Source: Macrostomum lignano (taxonomy: Eukaryota). Taken from it: 64,000 nucleotides of DNA. Numbering within the stretch: the stretch's first letter is position 1; every line of letters begins with the position of its first letter. The notes under the pieces were generated by a model. That model worked only from the letters and a program-made list of their open reading frames with translations, did no database searches and was not told the origin of the DNA. The translations under genes and the position numbers were made by a program. Where the stretch lies: contig NIVC01001676.1 of the NCBI GenBank assembly GCA_002269645.1, positions 188,075 to 252,074 of the forward strand, in the 5' to 3' direction. Shown here one piece after another: positions 39,301 to 54,275 of this stretch.

Positions 39301-40953
39301 ATGACTACATCTATGGCCTTCCAGTAGTACGAGTGACTACAGACCACAACCCCTGGAGGTTATTTTTAAGCGTGACTTGCTGCATGTTCCGCCACGCATT
39401 TCTCGAATGCTGTACCAACTCAAAAGATATAATCTGCGTGTATCCTGGGCACCGGGATCCAAGATGCTGATTGCCGATACGCTTTCAAGAGCTTACCTTC
39501 CGGAGGCCGAGGCTGCTCTAGACGACGAAATTGAGGTGGAGGTGCATCAAATGAGCAAGAGCCTCCCGATTTCCGCCATTCGTTTGCAAGAAATCCGAGA
39601 CGAGACCCGCAAAGATTCGGACTTAAGTTCTGTAGCCCGGTTTGTTCAGGCGGGTTGGCCAAGCAACTTTCGGAACATTTGCCACTCTGTCCGTCCGTAT
39701 TGGAGCTTCAAGGAGGACTTGACCTACAATGATGGCGTGCTGATGAAGTTGGACCGCGTTACTGTTCCAGCATCGTTGCGGCAGAAGATTCTGCAAATTT
39801 TACACGAAGGTCATGCTGGCGCGGGCAAGACGGAGGCCCGAGCTCGTCAAATTCTGTACTGGCCAGGCATGTCAGCGGACATTAAGAACTTCGTGAAGAA
39901 CTGCAGCACTTGTCAAACTTTTCAGCCGGCCAACCCAAATGAACCGCTGTTGAACCATCAGATTCCGAATGCACCATGGACCAAGGTTGGCCTGAAATTG
40001 CGCTAATGGAATATCGAGCTTCACCAATTAGCGGTACGAGCACCAGCCCCAGCGAGCTCATGTTCGGTCGGTTGATTCGTACGAAGCTGCCAGCAGGTGA
40101 GGAGGCGCTGCTCAAAGACAGAACAACCGCATTCTCTAAAGCCCCGCTGCAGGCTGCTCAAAAACGGCACTACGACCAGCAAGCCCGACCGCTCTCAACA
40201 CTGAATCAGGGAGATGCAGTTCGTTTTCGGCATGGTTTCAGATGGGAGCCAGCTGTTGTGACGCAAGCTGACCCGGAGCACCGCAACTACCGACTGCTGA
40301 CTCAAAGCGGCGGGGAGCTGATTCGCAATTGAGGACGTCCAGCGGGCGGCCCAGGCGGCTCCGGCCGGCGATGAGTTGGCGGCATCAGACCTTGCGGAGC
40401 CTGAAGAGCCACTGCGCCACTCTGCCAGGGCCACAAAGGGCATTCCGCCTCTCCGCTACAGACATGACGTGTGAGTGATAGGGACAGTGACTTTTGTTTG
40501 TTTTCAAGGACTGTAACATGGATTTTCAATTAATCCGCTGATTTTGTTGCTGAAAAAATATTCCAAATATTTTTATTCCTTATCTAAATCGAATTTCGTT
40601 GTTGATTTTTTTTGTCTAAAAATGTTGAAAAAATTAATTTTTTGCATTTGTATTAATAGAAATATTTTTTTGAGTTCTCGCACATGCCTAATGCACAAAT
40701 AATGAAATGTTTTGGAAGCAATAATTCCTTCGAGAAATTGATTTTAATTCCTCTCGATTTTTGCTATTAGAAGAGAGATGTCAGTGATGCACTTGTAACT
40801 ATAATTTATTGTACGCACATCTGCGCTCCAGCCACCTCGTCCCCCAATCATGTACGTTGCTATCGATTGCTCAGCCCCCCTCGCCCCTCTATATAATATG
40901 CTTTTTGGCACTCTTGAATAATACACGTATCTCTCGGTTGCGCATTCATTACA
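36381..40953 (+). mobile_element. Defective Ty3/gypsy LTR retrotransposon
   Basis: 175-bp LTRs 36381-36555 and 40779-40953 (TG..CA, 8 mismatches); TSD ataat; PBS-like tggcgtc; PPT agaagagaga. gag from 36585 (WKRWRQRF..Y, CCHC knuckles), protease LDTGA, RT (VTVHKPDGSLRLCIDP, IVDD), RNase H (DSSSVG.G, YAQIEKE, DHNPL), IN zinc finger (H..H..G...C..C); multiple frameshifts; IN catalytic core deleted at ~39990. Confidence 0.95.
37518..37849 (+). mobile_element. Solo LTR nested in the gypsy gag-pol junction
   Basis: 332 bp, TG...CA ends, 5-bp TSD gttcc (37513-37517, 37850-37854), tatataa and aataaa inside; removing it restores the frame TDNGS-SWLAEV. Confidence 0.8.
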
Positions 40954-43786
40954 ATAATTAAAAACTTAAAAGTACAAGATTTTAAAAGGAGATTATTACC
41001 TTTGCCAATGTTTCCATCTTCAAGTAGCTAAAATTTATTCTAATAAAAATATTTTTTAATATATAAGACTATTTATTTATGCAAACTTTGTTAATAAGTG
41101 TTATACTACTAGATATCAAAATAGAAATTGCAATAAAAATAAAGGTTTTCATAATCAAAAAAGATTAAAGATAATTGTATTATATAACCAAGTTCAAACA
41201 TGATGAATTATTTTTATTTTAGAGACTGAAAAATGATTTGAGTGCCTAATCTGAATATAATATTGTATTTAATGAGCAAGTTTATATGTAGAAATAAATA
41301 GCGGCTATTTATCAATATTTCAATTAGAAACAAAATGGTATAATAGCCTCTTATCCTATGTTCTACAAGTTGATACTAGACATTAGTAGTAGAATCCAAA
41401 GGAATAGGGAAGGGGATCTCTCGGAGCCATATTGCAGATTTTGCCTATTTTATGCTAGAATAAAAAAGCTGCTGCTTTAGAAACTATACAATGGGAATTT
41501 TTAATGCTAAAATAATGTTTTGTAAATATATTTATCCCTATTTAGAACAATTATAATACCATTGGCATTATAATTGACAAAATATATTACTAGCTATTTG
41601 TTAAAAGTGGGCCATTATACTAGTATGCTATACTAGTTTCGCACCCTTGCAAGCCTATGTAGCTTGTAGGCTCTGACTGCCTTTGTTTAGTCATTTGCCT
41701 TCTCTCTGCCATAGTTCTAGTCACACCACTTCTACTACTTAAACTAATTATTCTATTGTTGCATAGCCGCCAGCACATTATTAATTAAAGTATAAGACAT
41801 TACAATAAACCAAATCTGCAGCCAACATTAGTAATAATGCTGAAAAATTTACTGTCAAGTGCTACTGCTATAATTCCACCTACCTCTACCACATTTATTT
41901 GTCTTCTTTTGCTCTCGATGCCACCATGCCAATATTGTCACACTATATACTATTACCAATTCTATTAATGTCTATGCCCAAAAAGACTTACAAAGACTTT
42001 GTCTGTATACCATAATTTTTAGTATACATAGGGGCCTACTAATTTTTGCAAAATGGCCTCTGAGGGACATCTCAGCTGGGACAAAAAGTCATTGCCTTTT
42101 TTACTTTCTTTTGGAGATTTTTTACTTGTGATAACAGTTTTTGATTAGAAAAGTATATATAGATATAGATATAGGTTTACCTTTTCACAATTTTTATGCA
42201 TTTGCACCAGAATATTAGCTTGTTTTGTATAAGGCATCCTTTAATAGTGAAACCGCATAGGCCCTAGTCTAATCAACTCACTAAAAGTAAATGTATTTCA
42301 AGCTGAATCTGTTCCACATGTCCACCTGACCACCTTGATAGCAAAAGCAAGGTAAAGGCTAACAGTAGAGTGGCTGCTTTAAATCTTCAATAGTTTTGCT
42401 TAAAGGACCTATAATGTAATTTTATTATTTGAGGACCCTAGAAAAAAACTGCAAATTTAGATTGTCTGCTAAAAACTAAAATGAAAGAATGCCTAAATTT
42501 CAGGGACTACTACAGTGTAAGTGTAAAGCGCAATCAGTTAAAAAAGGTAGAAAAATTTTTTCTTCAGTAGAAAATTTCCAACTTTTAAAAGAAGTTTAGA
42601 CAACTTGATAATTTATCAGAATATATGATTGCCTAAATGCCTTTAACTAACTTTGAATCCAATAAAGACTGGGAAAGTCTATTTCATAATTAGAAACAAT
42701 AATCCGAATATATTACTACGAGCTATGTTTCATGGAAAAGTTTCAGTTTAAATATTGACGTGTATTATCGATTAAACGTCGATTGTTGTACGAGTAACCC
42801 TGTTTCAATGAAAAAGCGTAGTTTTTTCATACATAAAAACAATTAAATAAAAACATGTAAAATTATTTTATTATTACCAACATATCTCTAAGACCTTGAT
42901 TATCAAAAATGCCGTGAAAAGTGCTGAGCAAGTTACTCGCTACAAATAAACTTAAAAGAGTTCCTTGTTGTATCAGAGAGAGTGATTTTTTATTTATTCT
43001 CCCGCCCCTTTGTTAGAATTTCCAAAATTGCTACAAAATGTTGATTGATATTTTCGTAAAACCAGTAAATTACGCTTGTATACACTTTTAGTGGGAAAAC
43101 TGAAAAAGGAAAGGAACTAAGTTTGGGATTATTTTTCCAGTCGATATTTACGACGATTCTACCCTTTCATCTGTTTAATTGAATTAAAACTGACGTAAAA
43201 TAGGGGTCGGGGACAGTGTTAAGCACCTAGCTTTTGAAATTATGAAAGTTTTATATTTAAATTAGCAAATTAAAATGCATACCATGAAACCTCAGGGTAT
43301 CAGTCACCCCGACATGGATATTTCTTAAAGCATCTTATCCAACAGCCAACACTTTTTGTTACTTATTTTTGTGTCCTTTCAAGCTGAGAGCTTCAGTCAT
43401 TGGCTAAGAAAAGCAGGCCTTATCATGCAAAGGACCGAAAGCAATTAAGCTGCTTGGTAAATGGTTTAGAAGCCTTTGGCTTAAATATTGCAGCACATCG
43501 CAAAGCAAATCTCTTTCCTCGGAGCACTCCAGCCATCTGAGCTGCGATCCGTAAACAATGTTCTAACTAATTTGCTTGTTCCTTGATTCAACTCGTGGCC
43601 GTAGCAATTCACAATGCAGTAAAGGAAAAGAAGATTGAACACAGCCCAGCCCCCAAGCGACCGGGTAAAACACACCCCAGCTTTCAACCCAGTATATAAA
43701 ACTGGACTGTGCTTTCTGCTCAATGAAAGCTGCAGAGAAGAGAAACAATAAAATCCACTTTACTGCAGTCTCAGCTGCACGGGGAG

Positions 43787-46829
<3,043 letters not shown>

Positions 46830-47054
46830 AAGACTGAAAAAAGTTTTTCAACTTAAAGACGTTAAAATGTTTTCTTTTTTGTAGATCAATTATTGCTGTC
46901 ACGGTACTCTGATGCCCTCAATCAAATATATGAGTTACTTCGAATCTGTTGATTACATTTTGATTCTGTATCAAAAGTAACCTCTATTCTGTTTCTAGTC
47001 TGTCTACTTGCCTCCCGCTTAGTGTCTGCTTATCAGTGTCCCTACATGTATTGA

Positions 47055-47370
<316 letters not shown>

Positions 47371-47901
47371 GTCCGATCTCCATGTTCTCATCAGATCGCG
47401 AGCCCTCAGACGGGAGTCAGTCCTTAAGCTGGGAAGCCACTCGGTCATGCGGATGCGCCAACTCAATGCTCAAACCGAAGCCCCGGATCCTACGGCCTGT
47501 TTATTCAAAAAGTTCCAATAAAAACCCTGTCGCGGCCTGCGCCACCCCTGCCCCCGCTACGCCTCTCTGCCCCCGCGCTCTTTGGTGGTGGTGGTGGTGG
47601 GGGGGTATTCGAAATGTACGCGATAGAACGTACGCCAAAATGGGCCATAAGAAGACTTGTATCGCTGCTATCGCTCGGCACGCGCCCGCCTTATAAACAT
47701 TACCTTAATGAAACTAGAGAGAGAGAGAGAGAGAGAGAGACCCCGGGAGACAGCGCTCGCACAGAAACAAGGAAGGCTTTGAAAAAATAATATCGAGCCG
47801 AGGCCTGTTTGTTCCATCCTATACCCCCTGAGCCAGTCAGCCCCCGGCTCAACAGGTTTGCTCATTGACCTCTGACGCACCCTTTGCTAAGAGGAACAAG
47901 C

Positions 47902-50900
47902 ATGGCAGCAACACTGCTTCCGCTGCTGCTGCTGTTGCTGCTGCTGCTGCTACTACTTTCGGTTGCCAAGGCCAGTCAAGGTAAAACTCACCAAACTGTG
48001 TACGGACAGCTGGAGACCGGTTTTCGACTCAAAATGCATTGCCGCCTGTTTGAAACTTAAAAAGTATCAAGCCCTCTCGACCCTAACTGCTGAGATTTTA
48101 AGGCTCATGGGGAATTGCTGTGGCTCATCGGGGAATTGCTTTGGCTCACGGGGGAATTGCTGTGGCTCACGGGGATTGCTGTGGCTCATGAGGGAATTTC
48201 TGTGGCTCATTGGGAATTGCTGTGGCTCCTTGGGTAATTGCTGTGGCTCATGAGGGAATTGCTGTGGCTCTGTGGCTCATGGGGGGATTGCTTTGGCTCA
48301 CGGGGGGAATTGCTGTGGCTTACGGGGGAATTGCTTTGGCTCACGGGGGGAATTGCTGTGGCTCACGGGGATTGCTGTGGCTCATGGGGAATTTCTGAAA
48401 TGCTGTGGCTCATGAGGGAATTGCTGAAATGCTGTGGCTCATGAGGGAATTGCTGAAATGTTGTGGCTCATGAGGGAATTGCTGAAATGCTGTGGCTCAT
48501 GGGGAATTGCTGAAATGCTGTGGCTTATAGGGAGTTGCTCAGATGCTTTGATGCCAAAGCTCTCAGGGGTGCTGATATCTTAGACTAGACAGCTGGCTTT
48601 CAGGGCTGATGCTTTTATGCTTTTTAAACTTCATTTTCCTTAAGAGGTAAACAATAGTGACTGCAACAATTGCCACTCCCAGGCTTGGCTCCAAGCCCCT
48701 ACGCCTACGCATGCGACGCCACGGCGGAGCTGCTGGTCATCGTCCAGGCTGGCAACCGCAGCTCCAATTCAACCGACTACCTGGCCTGCCTGGACACTGA
48801 TCAGTCTATCGGCGGCGCTGACCCCAGGATGACGCTGGCAAGCGACTCGAAGGTCTGCCGCTATTGTCTGGGATATTTTTTGCTGGGTGTACTTTTCTGA
48901 GTGTACATATCCGGATGTACTTTTCTGAGTGTACATATCCGGATGTACTTTTCTGAGTGTACATATCCGGATGTACTTTTCTGAGTGTACATATCCGGAT
49001 GTACTTTTCTGAGTGTACATATCCGGATGTACTTTTCTTAGGGTACACACATTGATGTACTTTTCTGAGTGTACATATCCTGATGTACTTTTTTTAGGGT
49101 ACACACATTGATGTACTTTTCTAAGTGCAGGGGTTGTACCGACGCTTTAGTGGTTAGAGCGTCGGACTCACGGTTTGAAGGTCGGGGGTTCGATTCCCGA
49201 TCCCACTCGGAACAATTTGTGTCCTTGAGCAAGGCACTTAACTCTGCATTGCTTCAGTTCACCCAGCTGTAAAATGGGTGCCAGCATTAGCTGGGGTAAC
49301 AGAGGGTGTGTGGCGACCCCCCAGTCCTTGGACTGAACAGCCGTACGCATCCTTCAGATGCGCCGCGCAATAGCTGCGGCTGAGCTGTCGGTTGCATATC
49401 TGGCCATTAGGGCAGGTGTAATCAATTAAAATAAAATAAATTTTAAAAGTGTACACATTCTAATTTACTCTTACTCTTTGAATGTGTATGTGTATGATGT
49501 GTATGATGTGTATGATGTGCATCGTGGTGCATGATTCCATGCGTACATCGGGGCATACTGTGTATATAGTTGTGTACAATCCAATACATGTGTACAAATG
49601 CTGTAATTGGATAATTAGCTTCAAATATTGCACACTGTCCAACTAATTGCAGTCGCGGGTTGACGGCCTGCCGTCTCACCTGCTCGTAAAGTTCAAGATA
49701 CCGCCGAAGGGCTTGATGTGCCGATACGAGTACAAGTGGAAGGTACGGCTCTGCGCACTCCAGGTTTCACTAAGCAGCATGAACTTGGCTTGGAAATATT
49801 GCATAACCATGTTTTTCTTTCATCCATTTTAGATCGAAGAAATTTTGTACAGAAGCTCAACTAAACAGCCGAAGTGCTCAGATCTGATTCCGTTCAATGA
49901 ATGTCGAGTAAAAAGTGAGTCTTTACTTACCCCTTCCCCGAAGTACCCATTCCGCGAAATACATCTTTCCCCGAAATACCCCTTCCCCGAAATACCCCTT
50001 CCCCAAAATACCCCTTCCCCAAAATACCCCTTCCCCAAAATGCCCCTTGTCCGAAATACCCCTTCCCCAAAATACCCCTTCCCAGAGATAACCCTTTCCC
50101 GAAATACCCCTTCCCCGAAATACCCCTTCCCGAAATACCCCTTCCCCGAAATACCCCTTCCCGGAAATACCCCTTCCCCGAAATACCCCTTCCCCGAAAT
50201 ACCCCTTCCCCGAAATACCCCTTCCCCGAAATACCCCTTCCTCAAAATACCCCTTGCCCAAACTACCCCTTCCCAGAATACCCCTTGCCCGAAATACCCC
50301 ATCCCCGAAATACCCCATCCCCGAAATAGCCCATCCCCGAAATACCCCATCCTCGAAATACCCCATCCCCGAAATACCCCATCCCCGAAATACCCCATCC
50401 CCGAAATACCCCATCCCGAAATACCCCATCCCGAAATACCCCATCCCGAAATACCTTTCAACAAAGCCAGTCGCGCTTCCCCAGTCGGCCGGAGCCGGCA
50501 GTGCCCGCACTACCCAATCAGCAGCGAGCCGGTGAGGTGCAGCTCCGTGCCGGACCAGTTCGAGTTCCTGCCCGCCGGCTGTCGGGATGCCGCCACGACA
50601 GCGACCTCGACGGCGAAGTCGCCTCCCGCCGAGCTCCCAACCGGTGCAACAGTCGGGATCGGCACGGCGCTGTTCATCGCAGTCTTGCTGTCGGCCGGGG
50701 TGGCCCTGATCTGGGCGATCAAATCCTGCGGGAGCTCATCAGCTGAGCAGCCAGGACACGCCGGAGTGGTGTACTCAGCGTTCGCCATACTGGACAATCC
50801 TCAGCAGGTGCGGCAGTTTTTGAGACACCGCCTGACGGCCAGTGGCGACCATTTTAACTATCGCCGCGATCCGCGACTTTTGATGGCCAACCCTGACACC

Positions 50901-50924
50901 GGGGAGCTCATTGACAATTCTTAG
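47902..50924 (+). CDS. Orphan type-I membrane protein, paralog 2 (256 aa)
   Basis: Exons 47902-47980, 48683-48852, 49833-49914, 50485-50924 (phases 1,0,1; 771 nt). Poly-Leu signal peptide, same 7-Cys spacing as paralog 1, TM (VGIGTALFIAVLLSAGVALIWAI), tail with VVYSAF. Donor 2 (gtctgc) is weak. Confidence 0.85.
48105..48535. repeat. ~21-bp degenerate minisatellite in paralog 2 intron 1
   Basis: ggaattgctgtggctca(t/c)g units. Confidence 0.9.
48893..49122. repeat. 28-bp minisatellite in paralog 2 intron 2
   Basis: gtgtacatatccggatgtacttttctga units. Confidence 0.92.
49128..49446 (+). mobile_element. tRNA-derived CORE-like SINE
   Basis: A box tagtggttagagc, B box ggttcgattccc; central gtgtccttgagcaaggcacttaactctg..cagttcacccagctgtaaaatggg resembles the MIR/CORE domain; (taaaa)n tail; TSD aagtg. 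Confidence 0.85.
49930..50455. repeat. ~16-17-bp minisatellite in paralog 2 intron 3
   Basis: ccccgaaatacccc(t/a)t units. Confidence 0.93.
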
Positions 50925-51084
50925 CATGCTACTGATGCATGGTAGCAAATGTTGTACGTCTTTTTCAGGTCTAGCAATTAAAATTTTCTTTCCATTCTTT
51001 TCAGTTGGAATTCTTTCCAGTCAGGTTGCAGCAATTAAAATTTGTTTTGAAAGTTCCCATTGTAAGAGTTACGGTTCTGTTGGA

Positions 51085-51700
51085 AAGGGGTCCATCGGGA
51101 AGGGTTTCATTGGGAAGGGTTTCATTGGGAAGGGTTTCATTGGGAAGGGTTTCATTGGGAAAGGTTTCATTGGGAAGGGTTCCATTGGGAAGGGTTTCAT
51201 TGGGAAGGGTTCCTTTGGGAAGGGTTCCATTGGGAAGGGTTCCATTGGGAAGGGTTCCATTGGGAAGGGTTCCTTTGGGAAGGGTTCCATTGGGAAGGGT
51301 TCCATTGGGAAGGGTTCCATTGGGAAGGGTTCCTTTGGGAAGGGTTCCATTGGGAAGGGTTTCATTGGGAAGGGTTCCTTTGGGAAGGGTTCCATTGGGA
51401 AGGGTTCCATTGGAAGGGTTATTGGGGAAAGGTTCCATTGGGAAGGGTTCCATTGGGAAGGGTTTCATTGGGAAGGGTTCCTTTGGGAAGGGTTCCATTG
51501 GGAAGGGTTCTATTGGAAGGGTTATTGGGGAAAGGTTCCATTGGGAAGGGTTCCATTGGGAAGGGTTTCATTGGGAAGTGTTTCATTGGGAAGGGTTCCA
51601 TTGGGAAGTGTTTCATTGGGAAGGGTTCCATTGGGGAAGGGTTCCATTGGGGAAGGGTTCCATTGGGAAGGGTTTCATTAGGAAGCATTGGGGAAGGGCT
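51085..51700. repeat. 15-bp minisatellite
   Basis: cattgggaagggtt(t/c)c units. Confidence 0.95.
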
Positions 51701-52254
51701 CCATAAGGAATTAGTGATCGAATGTTGTTATATTTGCGTCCAAGTGGCTTGTACAGTTTTCTGTTTCAAATGATTTTAGTATTAACGGCATGATACTTTT
51801 ACAATGCGTTGTAAATACAGTTGAAATACATGCGCATTGCACATGTAGAGCTGGATTGACAGCTAGCTAAATGCAAAAACTTTCAGTCATGACCTGAGGC
51901 GCTTTCTGTTTTATTCAATCAAACTTATCTATTCCGCCCAATTGCAGTAGTAGGCAGGTGGTTTGCTAGACAATTCCGAAGTTGATTGCGAAAAAGTTAT
52001 ATTTCCAACAAGTTGAGTGGGCTTCTGAGTGTTGCGCAATCGCTAGGCGAGATGATATGTACAGATTCAATGTGCAAGTTTATTACTGAACCCACCAGAC
52101 AAGCTAATTTATTTAAGTAAATATTTTTGTAGTTAGAAAAGAATAGCTGAAAAGAACTGAAGCCTCAATCGGACTCAGTGAGCTGAGAAGTCCCGAAGAT
52201 GCCTGCAACTAACGACAGCCTGTGTAAGTTTTTGTAAGTGAGCGATTCTGTGTG

Positions 52255-52575
52255 GGACTGAACATGACAGACACAAGAGTGCTGGACCACAATGGCAGAC
52301 ACAAGAGTGCTGAACCACCATGACAGACACAAGAGTGCTGGACCACCATGGCAGACACAAGAGTGCTGGACCACCATGGCAGACACAAGAGTGCTGGACC
52401 ACCATGACAGACACAAGAGTGCTGGACCAACATGAGACACAAGTGTGCTGGACCACCATGACAGACAAGAGTGCTGGACCACCATGACAGACACAAGAGT
52501 GCTGGACCACCATGACAGACACAAGACTGCTGGACCAACATGACAGACACAAGAGTGCTCGACCACCATGACAAG
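52255..52575. repeat. 28-bp minisatellite
   Basis: catgacagacacaagagtgctggaccac units. Confidence 0.93.
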
Positions 52576-52699
52576 CAATACTCCAGATGTAGAGTCGCAC
52601 GCACTACTGAGACCCCGAGTCACAGAATCAGTTGCAGCATAAACGTATTGAGAATGCTGAAGGTAAAACGTGTAGATCGCCAAGATCCACAGTAGGCCC

Positions 52700-53500
52700 T
52701 ACTAACAGTAGCAAACGCCGCATTCCTACATGGTTATTCGTCACTCGCGCTGCCAGACGCATCTCGGCAGCAGCTCAGGGCGATGGAATCTGCCAAGAAG
52801 TACGAGGCAGCCCTCACCTGGATGTGCTGCGTCTCCACTCTGATGCTCGCGCTGGGAATTGCGACTCTCAAGCATTTGAGGTGAGCACCACTCATGCAGT
52901 GCAGATCTTGTCTGCTGCTATTGTAGTGTCTGTTTTCGAGGTCCAGTGCAGAATGTTTCAACAGTATCGAAGCGTATCGACTGCAACCCCCCTTAGCTGG
53001 CAGCGTTTCCGGCAACCCGGCGCCCAGAGCGGGGCTTTGCCTGATCGAAAAAGCGATCACAGAAAAAGCGCTCAAGCAACTCTGTAGTAATTCTTCCCCC
53101 GCTCCTCTCTGATTTCCAGATCTCGCAGACAATTGCAAAGCCAGAAACGGGAGCTGAGTGAGTTCAAGGCGCGTCTCTTTTGCTGCCTGCTTGCTTTTTT
53201 GATCGGAAAAATGTGATATTCCTTGGGCTCAAAGAGTTTGGTTTCTAGCGAGAATTTCACGCTTTGTCAGCAGCTGTTCAGGTCAATCGACAAAAAAGGC
53301 AAGAATTTGAGCACCTCCATTTTCACTGCCTCAGTCCCAGCCAGAACTTTACCCTGCATGGCGCTTCTTAGTGTAGCTCGCATGCTCTGCAGCTGCGTCT
53401 TTTGTTTTGCTGCAAGCAGCCTGGCTTCAGCAGTGCAGCAGAGATGCTGGAAGCGCGAGAGACAAAGGAGCGCCGGCAACAATGGAGCAGATACAGTAGA
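52700..53500 (-). pseudogene. Coding-like interrupted reading frame of unknown family
   Basis: Long near-open frames broken by stops/frameshifts; donor cag|gtgagg near 52880; no motif recognised. Confidence 0.25.
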
Positions 53501-53780
53501 GCATGAGTAACAGCCTGAGCCGCTGCTCATCATTGGGACCAGTCTAGACCAATACCTAAGCTGCAACGCCATCTCCCAGACTCCCAGCTGCATCGCCTGC
53601 GCCTCTCTATCCCTCACTGCTCAGTCTCCCCTCGCCCCACCCCCGCTGCCCACCAGCCAGAAAGGCTGCTGCCATTGAATGCCCCCCATTAAAAAGGAGG
53701 AGAGCGGGACAGAGAGTAGGGATTGAGAACTGGTGGAGCACCCCCCCCCCACCCATCTGGAGGTGAGCGCATTCCATCTC

Positions 53781-53822
<42 letters not shown>

Positions 53823-54275
53823 CACAGGAACGGAGCTAGTCACTTCACAGTGACCCAACACTGACCCCCCATAGACTCAAAATTGGCTTGCCCAGGTGGC
53901 GTGTGCGCGTTTTAGTGCTGCACTTATTTAATCAAGGGCCAGAGCTGACGCTGCGCCCCAGATCCGCTGAGCTGCTCTGTTGCTCCATCGCTTCTTCCCT
54001 CTCGCTAAACATTTGTTTGTTGTTTCTGGGCGCCCCATCATCTCCCCCGGCTATTGTGTCCCCAGCCTCCGCTCTCCATCGCCTCCAGCAGCCCCCAACC
54101 TTGCCGCCGCCTAACCTTGCCGCCGCCTACGAAGTCAGGACTTTTGTTTTAAAAAGAAGGCAGCTGAGAAAGCTTTGACTTCAGCAATTTGAGACCCATC
54201 AAATGGAGTTGGCCGGTCGCATCCCCCCTGCCGAGTCTTTGTCAGTTTCCAGCCCCCTTGTCTGAGCCAGCGGCC

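Noticed and set aside
49140-49200. tRNA gene
   Set aside because: A and B boxes are present, but there is no complete acceptor stem and the sequence continues into a SINE body with tail and TSD.
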